Both the position numbers and the translations under genes were made by a program. Source: Candidatus Altimarinota bacterium (lineage in GTDB: Bacteria; Patescibacteriota; Gracilibacteria; UBA1369). Taken from it: a DNA stretch of 26,854 bases. The DNA lies in NCBI GenBank assembly GCA_041659405.1, contig JBAZYK010000015.1, positions 1 to 26,854 of the forward strand, given 5' to 3'. Shown piece by piece: positions 1 to 6,746 of this stretch. Each line of letters starts with the position of its first letter. Position 1 is the first letter of the stretch. The notes under the pieces were generated by a model, which saw nothing but the letters and a program-made list of their open reading frames with translations, made no database searches and was not told where the DNA came from.

Positions 1-101
1 ATGCCAGATTAAAAGGATTCAGATTACTGGTTCGTGGGGTGAGTGATGTTGATTTCTTTTTATATCGCATTGTTCAGCTCTATGTCTAGCGATTTAATTT
101 A

Positions 102-173
102 TTCAAACCAAAAAGCGTATGATCCCATATTATACCGCTGCCAATAAGTTCGCATTGCGTGCGAACGTTGTGC
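102..173 (+). repeat. attC-like cassette-boundary repeat A
   Basis: Possible left box TTCAAAC (102-108). Hairpin GTTCGCA (148-154) / TGCGAAC (160-166) is followed directly by GTTGTGC (167-173). The next ORF's ATG lies 4 nt downstream. The right module aligns with repeats B-E. The left boundary is uncertain. Confidence 0.4.
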
Positions 174-176
174 AAC

Positions 177-482
177 ATGGCAAAATCAACTATAATAACA
201 TCTAGTCTTTACAATTTTAATACAATTAATATGTCTAATCCAAATTCACCGAGAGATCTTGATCCAGCTGAAAAATTAGAAGAACTGGGTTTAGCAGTGG
301 GCCCCGATGGCATATTAAGGGGTAATGAAATAACTGGTTTCACAATAGGTTTACCAAATAAAGAAGGTGTTGTTTTAATAAAAGGTCCCGATGGTACTGA
401 ATTCAAGCTTGAAGGTGTAAAAGGGATACAGATTAAAAAAATGAATGTTTCTGGCCGTGGGAAAGTAGGAATAGTCCTTTAA
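177..482 (+). CDS. hypothetical small protein (cassette 1)
   Basis: The ORF track gives 159..482. I prefer the first ATG at 177 because 159 is a GTG inside the repeat hairpin. ATG 231 is also possible. No recognisable family. Confidence 0.45.
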   Translation: MAKSTIITSSLYNFNTINMSNPNSPRDLDPAEKLEELGLAVGPDGILRGNEITGFTIGLPNKEGVVLIKGPDGTEFKLEGVKGIQIKKMNVSGRGKVGIVL

Positions 483-497
483 ACATTTTGCCAAATC

Positions 498-611
498 GCA
501 CAACAGCACCCAAGCGGTTCGCTGCGGCTCACCCAAATTTTTTGTGGCGGTGGTCGCTCCGCTCCAAATTGTACCGCCATAAAAAACTTCAGTTAGGCGC
601 GAACGTTAGCG
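498..611 (+). repeat. attC-like cassette-boundary repeat B
   Basis: Left module GCACAAC-AGCACCCAAGCGGTTCGC starts at 498. A 13-bp stem pairs TTTTTTGTGGCGG (538-550) with CCGCCATAAAAAA (574-586), with one G.T. Right module is GCGCGAAC-GTTAGCG (605-611). A consensus GTTAGGC is also present at 592-598. Confidence 0.5.
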
Positions 612-672
612 GTTCGGTTTCTTTGCCTTATTTTCTATTTTTTGATAAAATACAGGTGCTTAAAATTTTCCT

Positions 673-897
673 ATGAAAACAACACAATTCACCGTTTATA
701 TAGAACAAGATGAAGATGGAATGTTCATCGGCTCCATTCCGACAGTCCCTAGTTGTCACGCAGAAGGAAAAACACAAGTTGAGATGTTAAAAAATCTTGA
801 TGAGGTTTTGGAGTTATGCCTTCGCAATGTGAACAAGAAAGAAATTATGAAAACAAAATTTATTGGCATCCAAAATCTAGAGCTTTCCCATGCCTAA
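673..897 (+). CDS. hicB: HicB-family antitoxin
   Basis: 74 aa. The pattern FTVYIEQDEDGMFIGSIPTVPSCHAEGKTQVEMLKNLDEVLELCL is typical of HicB/UPF0150. Overlaps the downstream hicA by 8 nt (ATGCCTAA). Confidence 0.85.
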   Translation: MKTTQFTVYIEQDEDGMFIGSIPTVPSCHAEGKTQVEMLKNLDEVLELCLRNVNKKEIMKTKFIGIQNLELSHA

Positions 898-1114
898 ACT
901 CATCCCCATCAAACCAAAGAAGCTCATCAAAATACTGATCTTCATTGGTTTCGTCAAAAGAGATGCACAGGGTTCACATGTGTTTTTCGGACATAAAGAT
1001 GGAAGAACAACAGTAGTGCCAATCCATAATCGAGAGCTGAGTAAGGGACTGCTTAGGAAAATTTTAAACGACGTTCAACTATCAATTGAAGAATACGAGA
1101 AATTAAGAAAATAA
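890..1114 (+). CDS. hicA: HicA-family mRNA interferase toxin
   Basis: 74 aa. MPKL..KKLIKIL...GFV..R.QGSHVFF.H.DGRTTVVPIH...LSKGLLRKIL matches the HicA/YcfA pattern, including the GSH motif. Confidence 0.85.
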   Translation: MPKLIPIKPKKLIKILIFIGFVKRDAQGSHVFFGHKDGRTTVVPIHNRELSKGLLRKILNDVQLSIEEYEKLRK

Positions 1115-1118
1115 GGCA

Positions 1119-1203
1119 AGTAAACATCACCCAAATTGACTGGTTATGGCCTTTCGGCACATTATACAACCAGCCAAACTTCGCCAACGCGCGAACGTTA
1201 GGT
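1119..1203 (+). repeat. attC-like cassette-boundary repeat C
   Basis: Left module AGTAAAC-ATCACCCAAATTG. Internal stem CTGGTT (1140-1145) / AACCAG (1168-1173). Right module CGCGCGAAC-GTTAGGT (1197-1203), which fits GTTRRRY. Confidence 0.5.
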
Positions 1204-1237
1204 GAAATTGCAATTTTTTAAATATTTATCATTAATT

Positions 1238-1612
1238 ATGAAAAAAATAAAAATTCCTTTGTTTGTAGCAATAACATCGGCAATTGTTTTTTTGCTTGAA
1301 ATGTTTTCTTTTTCTATCGGCAGAGTTATCTATAAAATTTTTCCTTGTAGACAAGATCCGATGAACTCATTTCCATGTTTTGGTATTTATGACATATACG
1401 CTGGCTTTATAAAATACGCTGTCTGGAAAGAAGGGAAATACTACGTTTCTCAATGTCTCAACGTAGATGTTTCCAGTTTTGGGAAAACCAAAAAAGAGGC
1501 TTTGAAAAATTTGGAGGAAGCTTTAGAGCTTTATTTTGAAGAGTCAAAAGCCCCAAAAGTAACAAAGATCATGGATGTTCACATTGTTTCTGGATCTTTA
1601 AAGTATGCCTAA
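1238..1612 (+). CDS. HicB-like domain protein with an unrelated hydrophobic N-terminal segment
   Basis: The C-terminal part YAVWKEGKYYVSQCLNVDVSSFGKTKKEALKNLEEALELYFEE is HicB-like. The N-terminal ~40 aa (MKKIKIPLFVAITSAIVFLLEMF..) looks like a TM or signal segment. ATG 1238 is preferred over GTG 1202. The HicB-like part alone could start at ATG 1361. Confidence 0.55.
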   Translation: MKKIKIPLFVAITSAIVFLLEMFSFSIGRVIYKIFPCRQDPMNSFPCFGIYDIYAGFIKYAVWKEGKYYVSQCLNVDVSSFGKTKKEALKNLEEALELYFEESKAPKVTKIMDVHIVSGSLKYA

Positions 1613-1758
1613 ATTACATTCATCAAAAGAAATTATTAAAGTCCTTGAACAAAAAGGCTTTGTTTTTGTTTCTCAAAAAGGAAATACCGGAAGGGACTTT
1701 CAGGTCAATCCTAAGGCAATCGAACACAACTGAAGAAGATTTCAAAAAGAAAAAATAA
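1605..1758 (+). pseudogene. hicA remnant with internal deletion and frameshift
   Basis: It has the same ATGCCTAA overlap with the upstream gene as the intact pair. Frame 1 reads MPKLHSSKEIIKVLEQKGFVFVSQKG, then diverges and stops at 1731-1733. Another frame continues IPEGTFRSILRQSNTTEEDFKKKK* (stop 1756-1758). The GSH..H catalytic core is missing. The locus is 154 nt against 225 nt for the intact hicA, and the 71-nt difference is not a multiple of 3. Confidence 0.6.
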
Positions 1759-1800
1759 GTCAAATTGCAAAAAACTTCGGTTCGCGCGCAAACGTTGTGC
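1759..1800 (+). repeat. attC-like cassette-boundary repeat D (short, left part truncated)
   Basis: CAAATTGCAAAAAACTTCGGTTCGCGCGCAAAC-GTTGTGC (1794-1800). The right module aligns with A, B, C and E. The near-palindrome GTTCGCGCGCAAAC is present. Confidence 0.45.
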
Positions 1801-1848
1801 GACATATTTTGTGCTAATATAGGCTCACATATTTTTTAAATTTTTATT

Positions 1849-2211
1849 ATGAAAAAAACCATAATATTAACAGTACTCATTAATCTTATGATCACAGGAA
1901 CAGCCTTGGCACTTGTCCAAATAAAACAGTTCTCTGATGTTGAAAAAGGAAGTTTTTATTCTACAGCAGTTGATAACATGGTTTATCAAGGCGTTGTTAA
2001 AGGATACGATGACGGATTATTTCATCCAAATGACGGTGTGAATCGTGCCCAAGCCGTAACAATGCTAGATAGATATGATCAAAATTTAAAAGATACAGAG
2101 ATTAAATATTTAAAAACAATGGTATGCACAGGATTTAATGAAAATACAGGTTCATATCCTGACTATAAAGCAGCATACCAAAAATTATGCATGCCTTTAG
2201 TAGCTAACTAA
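1849..2211 (+). CDS. secreted SLH (S-layer homology) domain protein
   Basis: N-terminal signal-like MKKTIILTVLINLMITGTALA. FSDVEKGSFYSTAVDNMVYQGVVKGYDDGLFHPNDGVNRAQAVTMLDRY matches the SLH motif pattern. Confidence 0.7.
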   Translation: MKKTIILTVLINLMITGTALALVQIKQFSDVEKGSFYSTAVDNMVYQGVVKGYDDGLFHPNDGVNRAQAVTMLDRYDQNLKDTEIKYLKTMVCTGFNENTGSYPDYKAAYQKLCMPLVAN

Positions 2212-2217
2212 CAATAC

Positions 2218-2256
2218 GCCTAACAGCGCCCAACCGGTTCGCCGCAAACATTATGT
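2218..2256 (+). repeat. attC-like cassette-boundary repeat E (minimal)
   Basis: GCCTAAC (2218-2224, fits RYYYAAC)-AGCGCCCAACCGGTTCGCCGCAAAC-ATTATGT. The GTT of the right box is degenerate (ATT). Central palindrome AACCGGTT. Confidence 0.45.
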
Positions 2257-2269
2257 GACATTTATTTTT

Positions 2270-2509
2270 ATGCTTGATATCTTCATTGAAGTAATAGAAA
2301 GGTTTGGAATCGCAGGATATTTCCTCGCAATTTCCTTATTTATATATGCAATAATATTAATTATTGCATTCCCATTAGCCCTAGGAATGTTAATTTATTC
2401 TTTAATTTTCAAAAACTGGAAAATTTGGCGAAATTGGAAATATGTAGGTTATGCTGCATTGGTAGGATTAATCATTAGAATAATAGGAATATATTTGTTA
2501 AAAGCATAA
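2270..2509 (+). CDS. small membrane protein (2-3 TM), hypothetical
   Basis: Hydrophobic segments GIAGYFLAISLFIYAIILIIAFPLALGMLIYSLIF and YVGYAALVGLIIRIIGIYLL. ATG 2270 is preferred over GTG 2255, which lies inside repeat E. Confidence 0.5.
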   Translation: MLDIFIEVIERFGIAGYFLAISLFIYAIILIIAFPLALGMLIYSLIFKNWKIWRNWKYVGYAALVGLIIRIIGIYLLKA

Positions 2510-2510
2510 A

Positions 2511-2540
2511 AATAAACAGCGCCCAACCGACATTAAAACA
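2511..2540 (+). repeat. attC-like cassette-boundary repeat F (deleted form of E)
   Basis: AATAAAC-AGCGCCCAACCG-ACATTAAAAC. The 12-mer AGCGCCCAACCG is identical to repeat E. The middle GTTCGCCGCAA is absent. Confidence 0.4.
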
Positions 2541-2579
2541 TCTAAAAGATGCTGTTTTGCTTTACATGGAAGTCGAGAA

Positions 2580-3788
2580 TTAACTTGGTTGCAAACACTT
2601 TGTAGATATTTTAGTTGAAGTATATGGCCCACCAACATTCCCGCGATCACGCCAGGTATCTGTAGTCTCCAGGATATAATCTTCAACGCCGAAAGTATTT
2701 TGATAAAACTTTTTACAGTATGTGAGTTTATCCAAGTCTGCTCCGGAAACTCCATCGGAATCAGTAAGCCAATTCCCGTTTGCGTCAGTATGTTGATTTA
2801 CTTTTCCCCACCAGTACATAATACGAGGATTAGTACCTGGTGCTGTGTATTGCGTCGCCGCAACTGTCATAATATTGCCGGCAAAAAGTTGGCCCGATCC
2901 GTTATTCACCATTAATTCACCTGAAACATTAAACTGTAAAGATCCGCCATAAACACCATAGACCGTCGAACCAATAAGAGCTGAAGGACTAACATCAGCA
3001 ACAACCCTCAAAACCAGTGTTTGGTTGGCTATAAGCTGTATATTGACATAAGGAAAGTTCATGCCGGCGGTGGTAACATTTTGAGTCGTGCCGAGTTGTA
3101 CACCAGTCACATCGTCGTAGAGGCGTAAAGTGGAAATATTCTGGTAGCCGTTTGGCATTGGTAATAGCGAAACAGCGAAGCTATTTAAGGTACCGTCGCA
3201 ATTCGGAGTTGCGTTGAATTTCGTTAGAGTAACCCCGCTTTGACCGGGACTTATGTTTTGCGCCGCAGGAGTTGTTGGAGCAACGGAGACCGAGAACAAG
3301 CATGACGGAGTCGTAGGAACGCTTGGCATGCTCGTGACGGTGAAATATTGACCAAGGCTCATCTTGCCATAAGCGTTCACCACTTTAATTTGAATTTTGC
3401 ACGATCCGGGCTTTATTTTAGCTAAGCTCGCCGAACAATCCGCCTTAACTTTGTCGGAAATGAGATTAACATTAAAAGTAAGTGTCTTCCCGTCAGGCGA
3501 AAGAATGGGTTGGTCTAAAACTTCACTTTGAATTAAAATATAGTTGCCTGGGGCGTACACCTTTCCGTTTATTTGAGTACCGGTGATTCCTTGAATTGAC
3601 GATGAAAATCCGGAACCCGATATAACAACTTCCGTTCCGGTAGCACCCTGGTTTGGTGAAATTGAACTGATTTTCACCATGCTTTCCGCTTTTGGTATAG
3701 CACCCTGGAATAATATTATTCCAGCGATAGCAACCGTACTAAACATCGAGGCGATTTGAACTTTTTTATTTTTCAATAATTTTTTCAT
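2580..3788 (-). CDS. secreted or cell-surface protein with N-terminal IPT/TIG-like beta domain
   Basis: 402 aa. Signal or TM segment MKKLLKNKKVQIASMFSTVAIAGIILF. ISSISPNQGATGTEVVISGSGF resembles IPT/TIG openings. The rest is beta-rich and Ser/Thr/Gly/Asn-rich. It is the only minus-strand gene inside the repeat-bounded region. Confidence 0.65.
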   Translation of the reverse strand: MKKLLKNKKVQIASMFSTVAIAGIILFQGAIPKAESMVKISSISPNQGATGTEVVISGSGFSSSIQGITGTQINGKVYAPGNYILIQSEVLDQPILSPDGKTLTFNVNLISDKVKADCSASLAKIKPGSCKIQIKVVNAYGKMSLGQYFTVTSMPSVPTTPSCLFSVSVAPTTPAAQNISPGQSGVTLTKFNATPNCDGTLNSFAVSLLPMPNGYQNISTLRLYDDVTGVQLGTTQNVTTAGMNFPYVNIQLIANQTLVLRVVADVSPSALIGSTVYGVYGGSLQFNVSGELMVNNGSGQLFAGNIMTVAATQYTAPGTNPRIMYWWGKVNQHTDANGNWLTDSDGVSGADLDKLTYCKKFYQNTFGVEDYILETTDTWRDRGNVGGPYTSTKISTKCLQPS

Positions 3789-3860
3789 ATTTTTATTTTA
3801 ATGATTTATAATGGAATCGTGACTATGAATATTGTACCACAATTAGGCAATTGTTGCAAA

Positions 3861-3896
3861 CTTAACAAAGAGCGCCCACCCAATTCGGCCGCAGCC
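3861..3896 (+). repeat. attC-like repeat G (left module only; last copy seen)
   Basis: CTTAAC..AGCGCCCACCCAATTCGGCCGCAGCC aligns with AGCGCCCAACCGGTTCGCCGCA of repeat E. The right ACGTT/GTT module is absent. Confidence 0.4.
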
Positions 3897-3916
3897 TCCC
3901 CCATTTTTTTTTGCAT

Positions 3917-4426
3917 ATGAAAAGACCAAAGCTGGTAAGGATTGATTTGGACAAGCCAATTACAGAGCTTGTTAGTCAAAGTGACCACAAAATATTAGGA
4001 ATCTGGGCAGCTGACTGTGCCGAGCGGGTCTTACACTACTTTGAAGAAAAATATCCGGAAGATAATCGTCCCCGAAAAGCTATAGAAGCACTCCGGACGT
4101 GGATTAAGACCGGCCTGTTTAAAATGGCCGATGTGCGAAAGAGTTCACTTTCGGCTCATGCGGCAGCCCGTGAAGTGAAAGAAAATGATGATGCCGCCCG
4201 ATCCGCCGCCCGCAGTGCAGGACAAGCAATGGCGACTGCGCATGTTCCCACTCATTCCATTGGCGCTGCTGTTTATGCAGCCACCGCCGTCCGCGACGCA
4301 ACCGGCTCCATTGATGACACTACCAGGGAACGAGATTGGCAATACCAGCACTTGCTCAATCTGAACAAAACATTTGGCACAACCCATCCCGCAAAGAAAA
4401 CGCTCTGGAGGTTCCGGCAAAAATAA
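3917..4426 (+). CDS. hypothetical protein, Ala-rich helical (possibly immunity-protein-like)
   Basis: ATG 3917 is preferred over TTG 3911. It is visibly more GC-rich than its neighbours. WAADCAERVLHYFE...AARSAARSAGQAMATAHVPTHSIGAAVYAATAV recalls Imm5-like putative immunity proteins, but this is from memory only. Confidence 0.55.
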   Translation: MKRPKLVRIDLDKPITELVSQSDHKILGIWAADCAERVLHYFEEKYPEDNRPRKAIEALRTWIKTGLFKMADVRKSSLSAHAAAREVKENDDAARSAARSAGQAMATAHVPTHSIGAAVYAATAVRDATGSIDDTTRERDWQYQHLLNLNKTFGTTHPAKKTLWRFRQK

Positions 4427-4430
4427 AGTA

Positions 4431-5105
4431 TTAAAGCTCAAACGAAGGTTCCACAATTTCCACTTTGTCGCCAATCAGTTTAAACTTATTGGACAGATGT
4501 GGATGCGCGTGAATCGACAGAATTTTCCAGGGAACAAGTTGGTCCGCAGCTATTCCGGTCTTGCCCAAATCAGCTTTTTTGGGCAAAAATATCAGGTTTT
4601 CTTCATCCAGTACCCTAATGATAACCATCGTGTAATCAGTTTCAAATTTGACGGAAACAATGCGGCCGCCAAGCGAAACAGTTTTATTGAGTGCGAATTT
4701 ACTTTCCGGTTCAAATTTTTCGTCCGGCACATGCTTGATATCCTTTAGATCAGCCAAAGAAAGGCTGCCACCGAATTTCCAAGCGCCAGCTTCGTTGTTA
4801 AAACGAAGCATTAATTCCTGAGTGGAATTTTTTTTATCTTCAGTCTTCAGCGCTCCGGTTATATAAAGCAGTGCCTTTTCACCTTTTTGATCCAGGTGCG
4901 AAACGGTAAAGGAAACGGGAATCATCATTGGTGCCATTTGTAAGATACTCGCCTTCCCTTCCGGAGTTTTGAACATCTCCAGAAAAGATTTTTTGCTTTG
5001 TATATCTACAAATTGCATGGCTTTATCAACATCACCGGCCAAAATTGCCTGATTAAAATCATCGAAAATTTTCTTCAATTCCTCCATTGTTGCAGGTGCA
5101 TTCAT
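4431..5105 (-). CDS. hypothetical protein
   Basis: 224-aa ORF with a clean ATG. It converges on the preceding gene with a 4-nt gap. No family recognised. Confidence 0.6.
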   Translation of the reverse strand: MNAPATMEELKKIFDDFNQAILAGDVDKAMQFVDIQSKKSFLEMFKTPEGKASILQMAPMMIPVSFTVSHLDQKGEKALLYITGALKTEDKKNSTQELMLRFNNEAGAWKFGGSLSLADLKDIKHVPDEKFEPESKFALNKTVSLGGRIVSVKFETDYTMVIIRVLDEENLIFLPKKADLGKTGIAADQLVPWKILSIHAHPHLSNKFKLIGDKVEIVEPSFEL

Positions 5106-5236
5106 AGTGTTAATTTTAATGAATTATTTGCACAATTCTATCACAATCAGAAATTCAAGTCATCGACGGGCTTCCCCTTTTTTGCAGTAATGGCCTTTCC
5201 GGCGTATGATGCTATCAAATACCTTAACAAAAAACT

Positions 5237-5710
5237 ATGAAAAAACTCTTAGTCCTATCTCTGACCGTTTTAGCTTTGACCGGTTGCACTCAACAAGTAC
5301 CTGCCGTAAATCAAGACATCAGCCAGCCAAAAACCAGCGTTAATCAACCGATCACCAATGCAAAAGAACCAATAGCAAATGTTAATACGCAAGTGGCCAA
5401 TCCCGCTCCAGCCGACAACCAGGCGCCGCAAATTATCTCGGCCATTTTTGATGGTAATGGCATTGTTATCCAGGGAAAAAATCTGAGTGATTCTTATGTA
5501 GCTTTCAATGCCCCACCTTCCAGAGCACTCTGCCAAGAAATGATTACTCCAAGCTGCGTTTTACAGAAAGCTGTAGCAACCGACACCACCATCAAATTTA
5601 TCAGCAACTCAATCGGTTCGCCCGGTTCTTATCAAATTTATGTTGAAAATAAAACAACCGGCAAAAGCAACGTGGTCAAGCTGACAATTCCCGTACCTCC
5701 GGCAAAATAG
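5237..5710 (+). CDS. lipoprotein with C-terminal IPT-like beta domain
   Basis: Signal peptide plus lipobox MKKLLVLSLTVLALTGC. Followed by a Q/N/P-rich linker, then PQIISAIFDGNGIVIQGKNL...SYQIYVENKTTGKSNVVKLTIP. Confidence 0.7.
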   Translation: MKKLLVLSLTVLALTGCTQQVPAVNQDISQPKTSVNQPITNAKEPIANVNTQVANPAPADNQAPQIISAIFDGNGIVIQGKNLSDSYVAFNAPPSRALCQEMITPSCVLQKAVATDTTIKFISNSIGSPGSYQIYVENKTTGKSNVVKLTIPVPPAK

Positions 5711-5740
5711 TTCAGTTCTTGATAGATAAAATCCTAAACT

Positions 5741-6031
5741 ATGGACCCAACTCCGGAAATAAAAAAAGAGGAAGAATTGCACGATGTGGAAGTTACAAAA
5801 GAGCAGTTTAAAACCCTCTATTTTCAATATGCCACACCCGATAGCGGTTGGGGTGAAGCCAATTGGCATAGTACTTTTGAAAAACAAGAAGGTGAAAAAT
5901 ATTTCTTCATGAAATCTGCAAACCCGGAAGCAGTCATGTGTATTTCCACGGGGCAAAAAGAAAACCGCATCTATTTTTTAACGGAAGACGCATTAGACTC
6001 ATTTTACGATTTCCCCGGAAAAGACGATTAA
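5741..6031 (+). CDS. hypothetical protein
   Basis: 96-aa ORF in a compact co-oriented gene run. No family recognised. Confidence 0.5.
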   Translation: MDPTPEIKKEEELHDVEVTKEQFKTLYFQYATPDSGWGEANWHSTFEKQEGEKYFFMKSANPEAVMCISTGQKENRIYFLTEDALDSFYDFPGKDD

Positions 6032-6041
6032 AATTATTCTT

Positions 6042-6461
6042 ATGAATCAACTCGAAAAAGCAATTCAAATAGCGCTCAAAGCCCATGAAAAACAGGTGGA
6101 TAAGGGCGGCCATACTTACGTTCTTCATCCGCTAAGAGTCATGGTACAGATGCCGACCGAAGAACTGCAGATTATTGCTGTTTTGCATGATGTGGTGGAG
6201 GACAGCAATTATACTTTTGAGGATTTGGTCAAAGAAGGATTCAGCGCTGAAGTGCTGGAAGCTTTAACGGCTATAACTAAACAAAAAAACGAGCAGTATG
6301 ATGATTTTATAAAACGCATTAAAAAAAATCCCTTGGCGGTTCAGGTAAAACTCGCCGACCTGAAAGATAATTCCAATTTAGATCGCATTCCAAATCCAAC
6401 CGAAATCGATTTGGAACGGGTGGAGAAATACAAAAAAGCGATTGAATTTCTTACTTCATAA
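6042..6461 (+). CDS. HD-domain protein, RelA/SpoT-type (p)ppGpp hydrolase-like (small alarmone hydrolase-like)
   Basis: 139 aa. YVLHPLRVMV...IIAVLHDVVEDSNYTFEDL carries the H...HD...D pattern of SpoT/Mesh1-type hydrolase domains. Confidence 0.7.
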   Translation: MNQLEKAIQIALKAHEKQVDKGGHTYVLHPLRVMVQMPTEELQIIAVLHDVVEDSNYTFEDLVKEGFSAEVLEALTAITKQKNEQYDDFIKRIKKNPLAVQVKLADLKDNSNLDRIPNPTEIDLERVEKYKKAIEFLTS

Positions 6462-6467
6462 AAACAT

Positions 6468-6620
6468 ATGAAACATTTAAAATTTACAAATTTCGCAGTA
6501 TTCATAATCTTCTTTGGAATAGCTTTAATTGAAGCACTGCAAAAACAAAATTGGCTTGAAGCGGCTCTTTTTCTAGCTTTAGGAATACTTTCTCTTTGGG
6601 CTGATTTTAGAAAAAACTAA
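6468..6620 (+). CDS. small membrane protein (50 aa), hypothetical
   Basis: Below the ORF-track cutoff. Reads MKHLKFTNFAVFIIFFGIALIEALQKQNWLEAALFLALGILSLWADFRKN*, with two hydrophobic helices. Starts 6 nt after the upstream stop. Confidence 0.35.
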   Translation: MKHLKFTNFAVFIIFFGIALIEALQKQNWLEAALFLALGILSLWADFRKN

Positions 6621-6746
6621 AGCGCTCTTTTTGCTGGAATCACTATGTCTAAAATAACATTCTCAATAATCCGGGACGAAAACGAGCTGGAGATTTTGCG
6701 CGATAAACGAAGGAATTACCTATAAACTCAATTTTTAATTCACACC

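Noticed and set aside
1-89. Possible 3' end of an upstream cassette ORF (frame 3: ..KGFRLLVRGVSDVDFFLYRIVQLYV*)
   Set aside because: It is too short and unrecognisable, and it cannot be supported without the upstream sequence.
488-676. 62-aa ORF in the six-frame track
   Set aside because: It lies entirely inside repeat B and the spacer. Its sequence is low-complexity and basic, and the DNA is better explained by the repeat and its 13-bp stem.
2582-3866. GTTGCAAAC / TTAAC motif at both ends of the F-G interval as inverted attC boxes
   Set aside because: One copy lies inside the coding 3' end of the IPT-like gene, and a 9-mer coincidence in an AT-rich 27-kb window is not improbable enough. 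It is mentioned only as a weak observation.
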